Positions 9,845-20,021 of a stretch of 64,000 bases of DNA are shown here, piece after piece. Under the pieces are notes generated by a model. That model did no database searches. It saw only the letters and a program-made list of their open reading frames with translations, and was not told the DNA's origin. Where the stretch lies: positions 206,482-270,481 of the forward strand of contig OZ243938.1 of the NCBI GenBank assembly GCA_965214095.1, read 5' to 3'. The position numbers and the translations under genes are program-made. The number at the start of each line of letters is the position of its first letter. Position 1 is the first letter of the stretch. Source of the stretch: Candidatus Poribacteria bacterium (GTDB lineage Bacteria > Poribacteria > WGA-4E > WGA-3G).

Positions 9845-10113
9845 TTCCGAATTGGATAGGGTATACGATAATGAAATACGACAAAACCAACCGAACTTAT
9901 GACTGTGAACCGACACTCACAGATATACAAGTGCTGCAGTATTACCATGATGGATTCCTATAACTAAGAAGCAGCAGATGAAGCTGCGAAAGCAGGTATG
10001 AGTTTATACGCACTTGTCGCAAAGAAATTGAATACAATAGTTCCAATTGTTAAAGAAGATACAAAATAATGATATGTAATATCTAAACTCATGATTCTAT
10101 ATCGGAGTACAAA

Positions 10114-11130
10114 TTGAAAATAGCAGTTCTTTCCTATAGCCACCACGGACGGAGTATGGCACAAACAGCACAATCACTCGGACACGAAATCGTTGGTGTA
10201 ATGGATGCTGAACATTCACCCCGCGAACAGTTAGCACATCACTTTCAATCACCAGCATTTGATACTGCTGACAACTGTCTTGATGCTACTAAACCTGACG
10301 CGGCACTTGTCGCAGGGAAGCATACCGAGATGCCATCTCACGTGCAGGCTTGTGTTGACAGACGTATTCCATATCTGCTTGATAAGCCGTTTGCTGATAG
10401 TGCAGAAAGTCTACGTCCTGTGGCAGAAGCATCCGAAGAGCATGGGGTAATCAGTGCGCTTGTGTTGCCGAATCGAGTTAGCAGAATTGTGAGTGTTGTC
10501 AAAGAATTGCTTGAGGATGGCAGCTTAGGTGAACTTGTACTATACAACAGCAGACTAAACAACGGTCCTCCTACACGTTATGATCCCACACCATCCTATT
10601 GGCACAACGATCCGAGCATTTCTGGTGGCGGGTGTTGGGCAGTTGAAGCTGCACACGGTATTGATACATTCCTCCAGTTTGTTGGTGATCAGGAAATCAC
10701 GGTTGTCGGTTCGGTGATGTCAAACGCAATGTATGGTCGCGTTGTAGAAGATAACGGAATTGGTGTATTAAGAACAGAAAACGGTATCACTGGTATCATA
10801 GAATCAGGTTATACATATCCATCAGGTAAACGTGGTGGTGATCACTTCTTCCGATTTATCGGTACAAAGGCATCAGTATTTGAACAGTATGGCAAAGACG
10901 GTGAACCGCTGATTGAAGTGCATACCACAGAAGGAGTACAGTTCAGCGAGGACATATCACACGGTGCGAGAATAAAAGGGATTATGGCAAATGCATTTGA
11001 TGCTATTCGTGATGGCAACTCCTTTGATCCATCTGTTGTTGATGCTGTGCGAATACTTGAAGTTCAGGATGCTGTTTATACGCATGCCCGACAAAGTGAG
11101 GCATCGAACGGTCCCTATCCTTTGGGATAA
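10114..11130 (+). CDS. Gfo/Idh/MocA-like oxidoreductase with a degenerate N-terminal dinucleotide motif
   Basis: Length and domain order are typical, with a DKPFA motif in the EKP position. Confidence 0.55.
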   Translation: MKIAVLSYSHHGRSMAQTAQSLGHEIVGVMDAEHSPREQLAHHFQSPAFDTADNCLDATKPDAALVAGKHTEMPSHVQACVDRRIPYLLDKPFADSAESLRPVAEASEEHGVISALVLPNRVSRIVSVVKELLEDGSLGELVLYNSRLNNGPPTRYDPTPSYWHNDPSISGGGCWAVEAAHGIDTFLQFVGDQEITVVGSVMSNAMYGRVVEDNGIGVLRTENGITGIIESGYTYPSGKRGGDHFFRFIGTKASVFEQYGKDGEPLIEVHTTEGVQFSEDISHGARIKGIMANAFDAIRDGNSFDPSVVDAVRILEVQDAVYTHARQSEASNGPYPLG

Positions 11131-11162
11131 TCTAATCCAAAAAAGTTATAAAGGATTCAAAA

Positions 11163-12116
11163 ATGGCAAAATCAAAAAATATAGAAATACTACCTCCAGA
11201 ATCAGAATTAGAAGAGGTCTATGGTAATGCACATTTCACTGAAGGACCAACCGTTGCACCAGATGGGTCGGTCTTTTTCAGTGACATCACCTTCACACAT
11301 CAAGCTGATATGCAAGCCGGACATATTATGAGATACGATCCTGCGACTAACGAGACAACTGTATTCCGTTCGCCGAGTGGCATGTCAAACGGGATGAAGT
11401 TTGATGCGCACGGACGATTGGTTGTTGCAGAAGGTGCAGATTTCGGTGGCAGACGGATTACCCGAACCGATATGAAAACGGGTAAAAGCGACATCATTGC
11501 TGGACTATACGAAGGCAGACCATTCAACTCCCCAAATGACCTTACGATAGATGAACAGGGACGAATCTATTTCACTGATCCGCGTTACGTTGGCAATGAA
11601 CCGGTTGAACAACCTGTTATGGGTGTTTATAGAATTGACCTTGATGGTTCTGTGCACCTCCTTATTGCTGATTCTGGGAAACCTAACGGTATTGCGGTAT
11701 CACCTGACCAGAAAACGCTTTATGTCGGTAGTAATGACAGCGGTTCGTTTCGTGAGTTGCCAGATGAAATGCCAACCTATACGGGTCGCATGGCTCTCCT
11801 TGCTTATGATTTGTCATCTGATGGTACTGCTACATACCGAGAAACACTCGTTGATTATCATCCAGAACACGGACCTGATGGATTTGAAGTTGATGTTGAA
11901 GGCAATCTTTATGTTGCTGTTCGTGATGCCACTCGGTTTGGTATCTGTGTCTATTCTCCAGACGGAACAGAATTGGCATATATTAAGACACCTGAATTGC
12001 CTACCAATGTTGCCTTTGGTCGTGGTGATGCAAGTAAGATACTTTATATCACCGCGGGTGGTAGCCTCCATAGAATTCGTGTTGCGAAAGATGGGTATCA
12101 TCTTCCGCAGAAATAA
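11163..12116 (+). CDS. SMP-30/gluconolactonase/LRE family protein
   Basis: Six-bladed propeller signature (NG.A.SPDG..LYV), ~315 aa. Confidence 0.7.
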   Translation: MAKSKNIEILPPESELEEVYGNAHFTEGPTVAPDGSVFFSDITFTHQADMQAGHIMRYDPATNETTVFRSPSGMSNGMKFDAHGRLVVAEGADFGGRRITRTDMKTGKSDIIAGLYEGRPFNSPNDLTIDEQGRIYFTDPRYVGNEPVEQPVMGVYRIDLDGSVHLLIADSGKPNGIAVSPDQKTLYVGSNDSGSFRELPDEMPTYTGRMALLAYDLSSDGTATYRETLVDYHPEHGPDGFEVDVEGNLYVAVRDATRFGICVYSPDGTELAYIKTPELPTNVAFGRGDASKILYITAGGSLHRIRVAKDGYHLPQK

Positions 12117-12200
12117 TACCAATTCGATACGGATTCCCTAATGAAATGTAATTTAAGAGGCGCAATGAATTGCGCGACTACGAACCAGTTCTTTCTTATA
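12117..12200 (+). repeat. Family-3 post-stop repeat (taataccaattc ... taagaggcgcaatgaattgcgcgactac gaaccagtt)
   Basis: Shares 5' and 3' modules with 31649-31775. Its core is identical in reverse to 5797-5824. Lies between convergent stops. Confidence 0.6.
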
Positions 12201-13626
12201 CATCTGGATGTAGCGTGTGCCATGTTGTTGCATTTTCATAAGCGTGACCGACTTGTAACAATAACGGTTCACTCAAATCCTTGCCAATAAACTGAATACT
12301 CAATGGCAATCCTTCACTGTTCATGCCACACGGAACAGATAACGTTGGGGTGCCGTTGTAGTTAAACGGGACAGTAAATCTTTGAAACTTTGCTGGTCTT
12401 GGTTCCATTGGTCCATACAACATCTCCGGTGTAACTGGATGTGGTGGGGCAGACATTGACGGACATACCAACACATCTATATCTTGAAACACACGACTGA
12501 AATGTTTAGTGCATTCAGTTCGTAATTTATGTGCTTTTTCATATTCTGCTGGTGTAACATTTGCTCCCATGTCAAGCCATCCTTGGAACCAAGGACCGTA
12601 ATGCTCACGATGTGAAGGATAACACTTTACATGTGCTTTCACAGCCTCCCAAGAACAGATTGTTGGCCACGCCAAGACATATTCATCTATATCTGGCACT
12701 TCAACATCAATTATCTCAGCGCCCAATTCTTGTAATAGTTTCACACCATCTGATACCGCTAAAGCAAGTTCTGCATCCACATCCTTAGTAGCGTAGTTTT
12801 CGTCATAACCGATACGAACACCATTGATTCCCTGATCAATCTTTTCAAGCATATTCGGTACAGAAGCCCTTAGGGCCCACTTATCATTTCTGTCCCTACC
12901 AGAGATTGCTTCAAGTATGATCCCTGAATCTGCCACACTACGTGTCATCGGACCGACATGATCCATAGATAACGCAAGCTCCAACACACCGTATCTACTC
13001 ACTCTACCGTAAGTTGGTTTTAAACCTACGATGCCACAAGCTGCCGATGGAAAACGGATTGAACCACCCGTATCGCTTCCAATTGAACCTGAGCACAATC
13101 CCGCTGCGGTTGCTACACCTGATCCACTTGAAGATGAACCTGTCCATCTATCTGGATTCCAAGGGTTTATGGGAATATCAAATTCTGGATGGTATCCACC
13201 CATTGCACCTTCTGTTAGGTTCAATTTACCGAGTATAACCGCACCAGAATCCTTGAGTTTTTTGACAACTGTGCTGTCGTGTTTAGGGATGTGAGCTGCC
13301 ATGACATAAGCCCCACCCATCGTGCGAATGCCATTTGTAAACAATAGATCCTTTACCCCAATAGGCACACCGTGAAGTGGACCTCGGTAGTTACCGGCAG
13401 TAATTTCCTGCTCAGCTTGTTGAGCTACTGCCATTGCTTGTTCAGCAGTTACAGTAGCATAACTTTTTAGATGACCATCATGGTGTTCAATCCGATCAAG
13501 CATTACCTTTGTCAATTCAACAGGTGATAACTTTTTGGAAGAGAGTAATTCTGCTATTTGTGATATAGTCTTGTAATAAAGCGGAGTTTCTGACATGACA
13601 TTTTCCCCTAATTCTCTATTATTCAT
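12196..13626 (-). CDS. Amidase-signature family amidase (GatA-like)
   Basis: Amidase signature [36 protein letters not shown]. Confidence 0.8.
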   Translation of the reverse strand: [476 protein letters not shown]

Positions 13627-14476
13627 TTGGACGGCTGCGACCTAATAGATTTAATAGACGTTTATCTGCAGTTTGGAGAGTATCATCAGGTACGGGGACA
13701 TCGTTACACAGACTGAACCGCCAATATGCCCAATATGCAGCATACTGAGATTGAATAATATAACGCGTTTTGTTTGATGTATTAGGTGCACCGCGATGCC
13801 AACATTGTGGGTCTTGTAGATAGATATCTCCTGCTTTGCAATAGATTGAAACAGGTTTGTTTCCTTCAAATTCGGGATTTTCTTGACTGTTGGGTCCTCT
13901 TCCAGAATAATGACTCCCACGCACATACTGCGTTGGTCCTTCCTCAAGCGTATTTATGTCATTTAGTGCCATCTGCACTGTGAACCACATCACAGGCATC
14001 CTCAGTCGTGGGTCGTGCCGTGGCATCTCTTCAGTAACGGGGAAGTGCACAGAACCGTCTACATGCCAGCTGCTTATGGAAAGACCGGGTAGATTTCTGA
14101 GTACATTCTGTCCACAAAATTTGCAGTTTTGTCCAACGATTGCTTCAGCAAGACTTAGGATCGGTTCACGGAGAAGCATATCTCGGAAAATTGGATCAAG
14201 TTCAATCGTGTTTCGTAGAATGAAGGGTAACTCTTCTCCTGTCTCCGCATGTCTACCCATTTGGATATATCGGACATCTGCAAGGTGTGGATTTGTTCTG
14301 TCGGCAAGTTGTGGATCGGCGAAAAACGAATCTGTTTTGTCTCGTAGTGCGATTACCTCTTCCTCAGTGAGGATTCCTGGAAGATGTACAAAACCATCTT
14401 GAAAGAATTGCTCTGCAATCTGTTTTGTTTTCTCTTCACTGAAAGGTTCACCTTTTAGGATTGGACTGTTTGACAT
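13619..14476 (-). CDS. Phytanoyl-CoA dioxygenase (PhyH) family Fe(II)/2OG oxygenase
   Basis: PhyH-like layout with an H-x-D...H pattern. 8-nt overlap with the amidase start. Confidence 0.65.
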   Translation of the reverse strand: MSNSPILKGEPFSEEKTKQIAEQFFQDGFVHLPGILTEEEVIALRDKTDSFFADPQLADRTNPHLADVRYIQMGRHAETGEELPFILRNTIELDPIFRDMLLREPILSLAEAIVGQNCKFCGQNVLRNLPGLSISSWHVDGSVHFPVTEEMPRHDPRLRMPVMWFTVQMALNDINTLEEGPTQYVRGSHYSGRGPNSQENPEFEGNKPVSIYCKAGDIYLQDPQCWHRGAPNTSNKTRYIIQSQYAAYWAYWRFSLCNDVPVPDDTLQTADKRLLNLLGRSRPNE

Positions 14477-14539
14477 ATCTATCTCCTATTATACCAGTAG
14501 TTCTTTAGGTTTTTGAGGTAAATCGGGCAAGCGAATTCC

Positions 14540-17500
14540 TTATAGATTCCCAAATTTCAAATCAGAAAAGGGTTTGCCATCTGAGTCAGTAATTCGCATA
14601 AAAAATGCCCATCCACCTTCTTCATTACACACCTTCGTGAGGATACTGTTTTTACCTTGTTTGAGTGTCACAGGGATAGTGTATGTATCAACAATTGCCA
14701 TAAAGGCTTTCGTATGTGAAAATGCTTCTTTCCCATTTAACCACACTTTTCCTTGGTCGTCACTATCAAATCGGATTTCAACTTTCCTTTCATCAGGAGA
14801 ATAAACGGTTGTGAATGCATAAGAGACATGCCACTCAACATTATCCTCACCGAGATGAATATAACCATCAAATTCTTCATCAATGAACTGTTTCCAACTC
14901 ACCTTTCCATTTCGTCCATCATATTTTGCTGTCAGATCAATCTCCGTGATGTTTTCAGGAATGTATGCTGTATCGTAGCCGATTCCGTCTGTATTATCAA
15001 ATGGACCGAGAACCTTCCATACATCTTCTGTGAGAAGTCCAGTCTTCTGTATATGCTTTTCTGCTTTATCAGACAGACCAAATTGACGATAGTACTCTGC
15101 TAAAGCAAAGTTTGCATTTAATTCGCTTTGCAGACTGTCAGAGTAATTGTTTTCAAGAATGGATTCAAATTTCTGTATATAATTTTCTGCTTTTTCAAGT
15201 TGACCATATTCTCGATTGTATTCTGCCAATCTAATGTAAATATGTTTAGAGAAATCTGAATTATCTGAGAGACTGTCTTCAATTCTGGATTCAGTCTTCC
15301 GAATATGCTCTTTTGCCTTCTCAAACATACCATTTGCTGCATAGAATTTTGCCAAAATCATGTATGAATTTAACTGGATGTTGATCCTATCAGGTGCTAT
15401 ATCAATCAATTGATTCAACATATTGATGTAACCATCTTTGTCCTTAACGTTTTTGCAAGATCTGGTAATCTGTGCAAACAACTTGCGTACTAAGATTGGT
15501 GAAGATATGAGCTTTAAGTCTCCTTCACGTGATGGAAAAGTTTCTGGTGTTGTAATATATAGGTTTCTGTTGTACCTTTGCAATGCCTCTTCGTACCATT
15601 CGTTTGCGAGATATACCTCTGCTAACGTCAAAGGATGATTAGAACTTTTCGCTATCGGTGATGATTTCTCAACAAATTGCAACACATTTTCTTTGGATTG
15701 TTCTTCCGTAGAAAGCTTCCTCTCAGACTCAGGTTCTTGCTTCTCTTTGCGTGCATTTGCGATAACTTTGTCCCAATTCCAAAATAGAATTGTACCCCCT
15801 CCAAAACTAATAAGCGTTTTGCCATCAGGTGAAAGTGCCAACGTTTCAATCCTGTATGTATGCTTATCAAGTGTTGCGAGTATGTCTCCTGTAGAAATAT
15901 CCAGTAATTGAATTACACCATCAAAATGACCACAAATAAGCACGGAATCATCTGGTGAAAACAATAATCCTTCGTAACTTATATTATCATCGGACACATC
16001 CCAATAGTATGTTTCTTTCGTTATTCCTATTAAACGGATCCGTTTCGTACTTCCCACAGCAAGTAGAGAACCGTCTGCCGAGAAAGCGAAATTTAAAATA
16101 CGTTCTCGGTAGCTATTACCATCCGTATGCTGCACTTCAAAGTAAGAACATAGCTCATCTCCAGTTTCCACATCCCACATCTGAACCTGTCCGCCCTCGT
16201 TTCCACTAACAATCTTTTTGCTATCTGGTGAGAATGCCAGAGTATAAATAAAAGATTTGTCATCATCGGAATCTTCATCATGATCTGAGGTAATTATTTT
16301 CTGCTTTTCACCGGTTTCCATATTCAATATGTAGATTCTATTTCCTCGACTACCGGCAATAGTTTTCCCATCTGGTGAAAAAACATCTTCATTATCATGT
16401 GGAAAAGAATCCAACTCTCGTCCAGTGTTGACATCAGTGATCCGAAGTACATAATTGTCAGAGTCAGAATTCCTCGAATGTACCTCTAAACCCATAGTCC
16501 TGAGTTTTGTTCCATCAGCTGAAAATACAAGGGTCGCAGCTGTCCCCCAATGTCTTGGCATCTCAACCGTCTTTTTCGTTTTATTAGTAGTTTTTTGAAA
16601 AGTTTCCAGATCCCAAACAGTGACTATTCCATCCGATGAAACACTTGAAAGTTTGGAATTACTTTTCATGAAAGACGCGGATCTTATCCACTCGTGCCCA
16701 GTAATTCTGGTTTTTCGAGGTGCTTTCGTCCTAATATTCCAAAATCGGACAGTACCATCTGTACTTCCACTTGCGAGCGTGTTCCCATCTGGTGAAAAAG
16801 CTAATCTGTTTACATTACTGGTGTGCCCCGTAAAAGTGGCGATAAATTCACTTGTAGCAAGGTTCCACAGTTGAATAGAACTATCAATATTTCCAATAGC
16901 AAGAATATTCCCATCTGGTGAGAATTTTAATGCTGTTGGTCTACTGATATTTTCCTTATACCATGGTTCATGTGTGATTAATTTGTCATCCGGAGTATGA
17001 AACAAAATTCTCATTTTGTCCACTTTCCTATTTAGGATAATGAGTTCTTCCCCACTTGTAGTATCCCACATTTGCACCGTTCCATCCAGATTTCCACTTG
17101 CAAGTATTGACCCATCTGGTGAGAATTCTAACGCAACAGAATGGTTCTTTTCCGACGTCCCCAAACGAAAATTAACTGTCTTCTCTGTTTGTTCTCTGAT
17201 CGTGATTAATTTCTTACCAGTTCTTATGTCCAATAACTCAAGCCTGCCATCTCTGCTGCCTATTGCCATTTTATCTTCTGTTAGCGCATAGTGTTCAAGA
17301 TGAGCATAACCTGGTCTTTCTCCAATTTCTGTGGTAGTTGTCTGTCTGGTCTCAATATTTAGAATGGTTATTGTGTCTCTGTCTTTTCCCATGCTTACAA
17401 ACGTATTATGGTCTTTCAAAAACCATGCTACACCAACATCGGGAAGGGACTCGTGTTGTGAAACTCTACGTCCTGTACCTATTTCCCATACACCTTCATC

Positions 17501-17893
17501 TTTTATAAGAAAACGACTATCTTTAGAAAAAACAAATGTTCCATGTATTTCTGGGAATAAGGAAATTTCATCGCATGTATCTACATCGTATATCCACACA
17601 CCGGTTGTACTGCTTACCGCGAGTTGATTGCCATCAGGAGAGAACTGAATTCCTCTAAGTCCACCTTTTCCCAAGCGCATTTTCGCCTCATTCGGCAGTT
17701 CCCATTGTGGGTAATTTTCAATTGATCCTTCTTCAGGATTTCCTTCAACGGTAGGTGGTGCACAATTGGGTTGTTGTTCAGTCATTGGTTTCTTGTTCCA
17801 TGTGTTTTCACTTCCAAATTCTTTCAGTACATCCGACTTCAACTCAAAAGATGTCATGATAGGTCCTCCAAAATATCTATTTGCATCTATCAA
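14540..17893 (-). CDS. 1117-aa WD40 (beta-propeller) plus TPR protein with a C-terminal jelly-roll (PA14 / sugar-binding-like) domain
   Basis: Many FSPDG..LASGS...VWD repeats, then TPR-like helical repeats, then a C-terminal ...VWLNGKE...KVCNEEGGWAFFMRITD... domain. Confidence 0.7.
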   Translation of the reverse strand: MIDANRYFGGPIMTSFELKSDVLKEFGSENTWNKKPMTEQQPNCAPPTVEGNPEEGSIENYPQWELPNEAKMRLGKGGLRGIQFSPDGNQLAVSSTTGVWIYDVDTCDEISLFPEIHGTFVFSKDSRFLIKDEGVWEIGTGRRVSQHESLPDVGVAWFLKDHNTFVSMGKDRDTITILNIETRQTTTTEIGERPGYAHLEHYALTEDKMAIGSRDGRLELLDIRTGKKLITIREQTEKTVNFRLGTSEKNHSVALEFSPDGSILASGNLDGTVQMWDTTSGEELIILNRKVDKMRILFHTPDDKLITHEPWYKENISRPTALKFSPDGNILAIGNIDSSIQLWNLATSEFIATFTGHTSNVNRLAFSPDGNTLASGSTDGTVRFWNIRTKAPRKTRITGHEWIRSASFMKSNSKLSSVSSDGIVTVWDLETFQKTTNKTKKTVEMPRHWGTAATLVFSADGTKLRTMGLEVHSRNSDSDNYVLRITDVNTGRELDSFPHDNEDVFSPDGKTIAGSRGNRIYILNMETGEKQKIITSDHDEDSDDDKSFIYTLAFSPDSKKIVSGNEGGQVQMWDVETGDELCSYFEVQHTDGNSYRERILNFAFSADGSLLAVGSTKRIRLIGITKETYYWDVSDDNISYEGLLFSPDDSVLICGHFDGVIQLLDISTGDILATLDKHTYRIETLALSPDGKTLISFGGGTILFWNWDKVIANARKEKQEPESERKLSTEEQSKENVLQFVEKSSPIAKSSNHPLTLAEVYLANEWYEEALQRYNRNLYITTPETFPSREGDLKLISSPILVRKLFAQITRSCKNVKDKDGYINMLNQLIDIAPDRINIQLNSYMILAKFYAANGMFEKAKEHIRKTESRIEDSLSDNSDFSKHIYIRLAEYNREYGQLEKAENYIQKFESILENNYSDSLQSELNANFALAEYYRQFGLSDKAEKHIQKTGLLTEDVWKVLGPFDNTDGIGYDTAYIPENITEIDLTAKYDGRNGKVSWKQFIDEEFDGYIHLGEDNVEWHVSYAFTTVYSPDERKVEIRFDSDDQGKVWLNGKEAFSHTKAFMAIVDTYTIPVTLKQGKNSILTKVCNEEGGWAFFMRITDSDGKPFSDLKFGNL

Positions 17894-17942
17894 TCTAAAT
17901 AACCTAAGTTGCTACATATTGAATTTTATAGTAAAAACCATA

Positions 17943-18040
17943 ATTATTTACACACTGCGGTAGGTTCGGTTTCCTAACCGAACCGGTGTTTGTTCAGTCT
18001 CATAGATGCGGTTAGGAAACCGCATCTACCGCGGAGTGTG
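17943..18040. repeat. Composite ~98-bp inverted-repeat element with two REP1 hairpins in opposite orientation: ggttcgg-tttcctaa-ccgaacc and gatgcgg-ttaggaaa-ccgcatc
   Basis: Outer flanks cactgcggtagg / cctaccgcggagtg are themselves inverted. Lies between the sulfatase stop and the WD40 start. Confidence 0.6.
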
Positions 18041-18173
18041 CACGTGTTTTTACATTTCACTATAATCATCAAATTACTTTATCAAACGAGGAAACAAAGG
18101 AATTCTGCATATTTTGGTGGCACTCCTTATAAATCGGGGTTACAAACCTCTCCAACAAATGATAAGTGGCAAC

Positions 18174-19679
18174 TTAGGTTAAATAATCCATTTCGGGTAA
18201 CAAATTCCACCTGTATTGGTCAGGTGGATGCGTGTTGCGTGTCCAATTACCAAGTATTCGTGTATCCTCACGTTTTGCTTGCATCTGTAGGGCAATTTTT
18301 TCTGGGTCCCAGCCATCCAATACCTTTTCTGTCAATTCTGACAAAATGTCCTGACAATCTGGATCATCTGCTCTATCGTGCAATTCATTCGGGTCATCGT
18401 ATATATTATAGAGTTGCGAAGGTTGCAAATGATAGTAATTTAATTTCCAATCTCCGTTGCGAATCATCCTGTGGTAACACCCGTCGTCAGTGCAAAATTC
18501 AGAGAATGCGATATCTTCCCAATGTGTGTCTTTTCCATTGAACAAAGGTAGGACACTTCTGCCGCGAGTATTTGGCAACGGTGGTGCATCAAGTGCATCA
18601 AGCATCGTTGCATTTAAATCGAGCGCACTTATCACTCTGGCACAACGGACACCTTCTGGTAGGTTTCCACGCCATGATAGAATTGCTGGTACTTTTACTG
18701 AATGTTCATAGAAAGTCTGTTTCCACCAGAGTCCATGTTCTCCTACCTGCTCACCGTGATCTGAAGAATAGAGTATAATTGTGTTTTGATCTAACCCATT
18801 TTCTTGAAGTGCGGTTAGGATTTGTCCAATCATGATGTCCATACGCGTAACTAATGCCCAATATGCTGTACGTGCCCGTATAATCTCTTCATCTGATACT
18901 TCTTTGATTCCACACTTTTCACGCCACCATTGGAAATATGGATGTAATTTTTCAGAATAAGGTTCAGGATTTGCAGGCATCGTCATTCGTCCATCATATA
19001 TTTTATAATCTTCCTGCCTTGCTACAAAGGGTTGATGGGGTAACATAAATCCGACAGAGATTGAGAATGGTTCGTCAAGCAGTCCTGCTCTATTCTGAAC
19101 TCCAAGTCGATTGAGATAATCTACTGTGGCAGCGGTTACATCTTCGTCATGCACCTGATATGCGCTTTGTCCTGCCCCAGATTTCTGTAGACTCACTCGC
19201 GCTGGTCCTGCTGTTCCTGACAGTTCGCCATGGTCAATACCACGACCTCCTGGATGATTCGGTCCGTGGTCTCCTACAAGTCTGTCTGAATAGCCATGCA
19301 GTTGATCAGGTCCCAAAGCATGCATTCGTCCGATAAGAACAGGTTTATATCCTGCTGCTCCCATTGCGTGTGCGAAGGTTGGAATCCCAGAGTTTAGTAT
19401 GTGGCTGTTCGTCCAAACTTCGTTTTCATAAGGAAACCGTCCGCTCAACATAGACATACGGGATGGCACGCAGATTGGTGACGGACAGTAGACATTTTCA
19501 AATGTTATCCCTTCTGATGCGAGTCTGTCTAAGTTTGGCGTTTGCACCAATTTGTCACCGTAGCATCCTGTGACATAGGGATTGTGTTGGTCTGAATGGA
19601 TGTAGAGTAAATTTGGTTGTGGTTTTTGCATTAAATTCTGTTCCTTTATGTTTTTGCTATGTTTCATTATATTTGACAA
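18174..19679 (-). CDS. Sulfatase (formylglycine-dependent arylsulfatase family)
   Basis: CVPSR (C-x-P-x-R) formylglycine motif within PSPICVPSRMSMLSGRFP. Confidence 0.85.
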   Translation of the reverse strand: MSNIMKHSKNIKEQNLMQKPQPNLLYIHSDQHNPYVTGCYGDKLVQTPNLDRLASEGITFENVYCPSPICVPSRMSMLSGRFPYENEVWTNSHILNSGIPTFAHAMGAAGYKPVLIGRMHALGPDQLHGYSDRLVGDHGPNHPGGRGIDHGELSGTAGPARVSLQKSGAGQSAYQVHDEDVTAATVDYLNRLGVQNRAGLLDEPFSISVGFMLPHQPFVARQEDYKIYDGRMTMPANPEPYSEKLHPYFQWWREKCGIKEVSDEEIIRARTAYWALVTRMDIMIGQILTALQENGLDQNTIILYSSDHGEQVGEHGLWWKQTFYEHSVKVPAILSWRGNLPEGVRCARVISALDLNATMLDALDAPPLPNTRGRSVLPLFNGKDTHWEDIAFSEFCTDDGCYHRMIRNGDWKLNYYHLQPSQLYNIYDDPNELHDRADDPDCQDILSELTEKVLDGWDPEKIALQMQAKREDTRILGNWTRNTHPPDQYRWNLLPEMDYLT

Positions 19680-19810
19680 GTGTTTGGTGTCAAGGAAAAT
19701 ATAATGATTGACTTCTTTCTGAATCTCGAATTCTTGTCTGAGCCAGGATTTGCAGGATTAGTAGATTTCAGGATAAGAGGTTGATGTTTCAAGGTGGTAT
19801 TTGAAAGATA

Positions 19811-19836
19811 GACGGCACGCGGAGCGTGCCTACTAC
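19811..19836. repeat. REP2-family hairpin ggcacgc-gga-gcgtgcc + tactacc
   Basis: Same architecture as 4728-4756, with two compensatory stem substitutions. Confidence 0.55.
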
Positions 19837-20021
19837 CATGAATGTAAGAAGTGGAATGAGTTGCACGATTACAAGAGCGTTTTACGTGAATGTAAAGTGT
19901 ATTGTTAATCTCAAAGTTCACTATAGATGTGATATTTTGTGGACATCATAAACTGACTATGATACTATATCTCAACACTAATAGAATTTCAATCTTCATG
20001 AGAACATAGGGAGACGAAGAC

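Noticed and set aside
9964-10173. 69-aa minus-strand ORF overlapping the 10114 gene start
   Set aside because: It overlaps a supported gene start, lacks an SD and has no recognisable motif.
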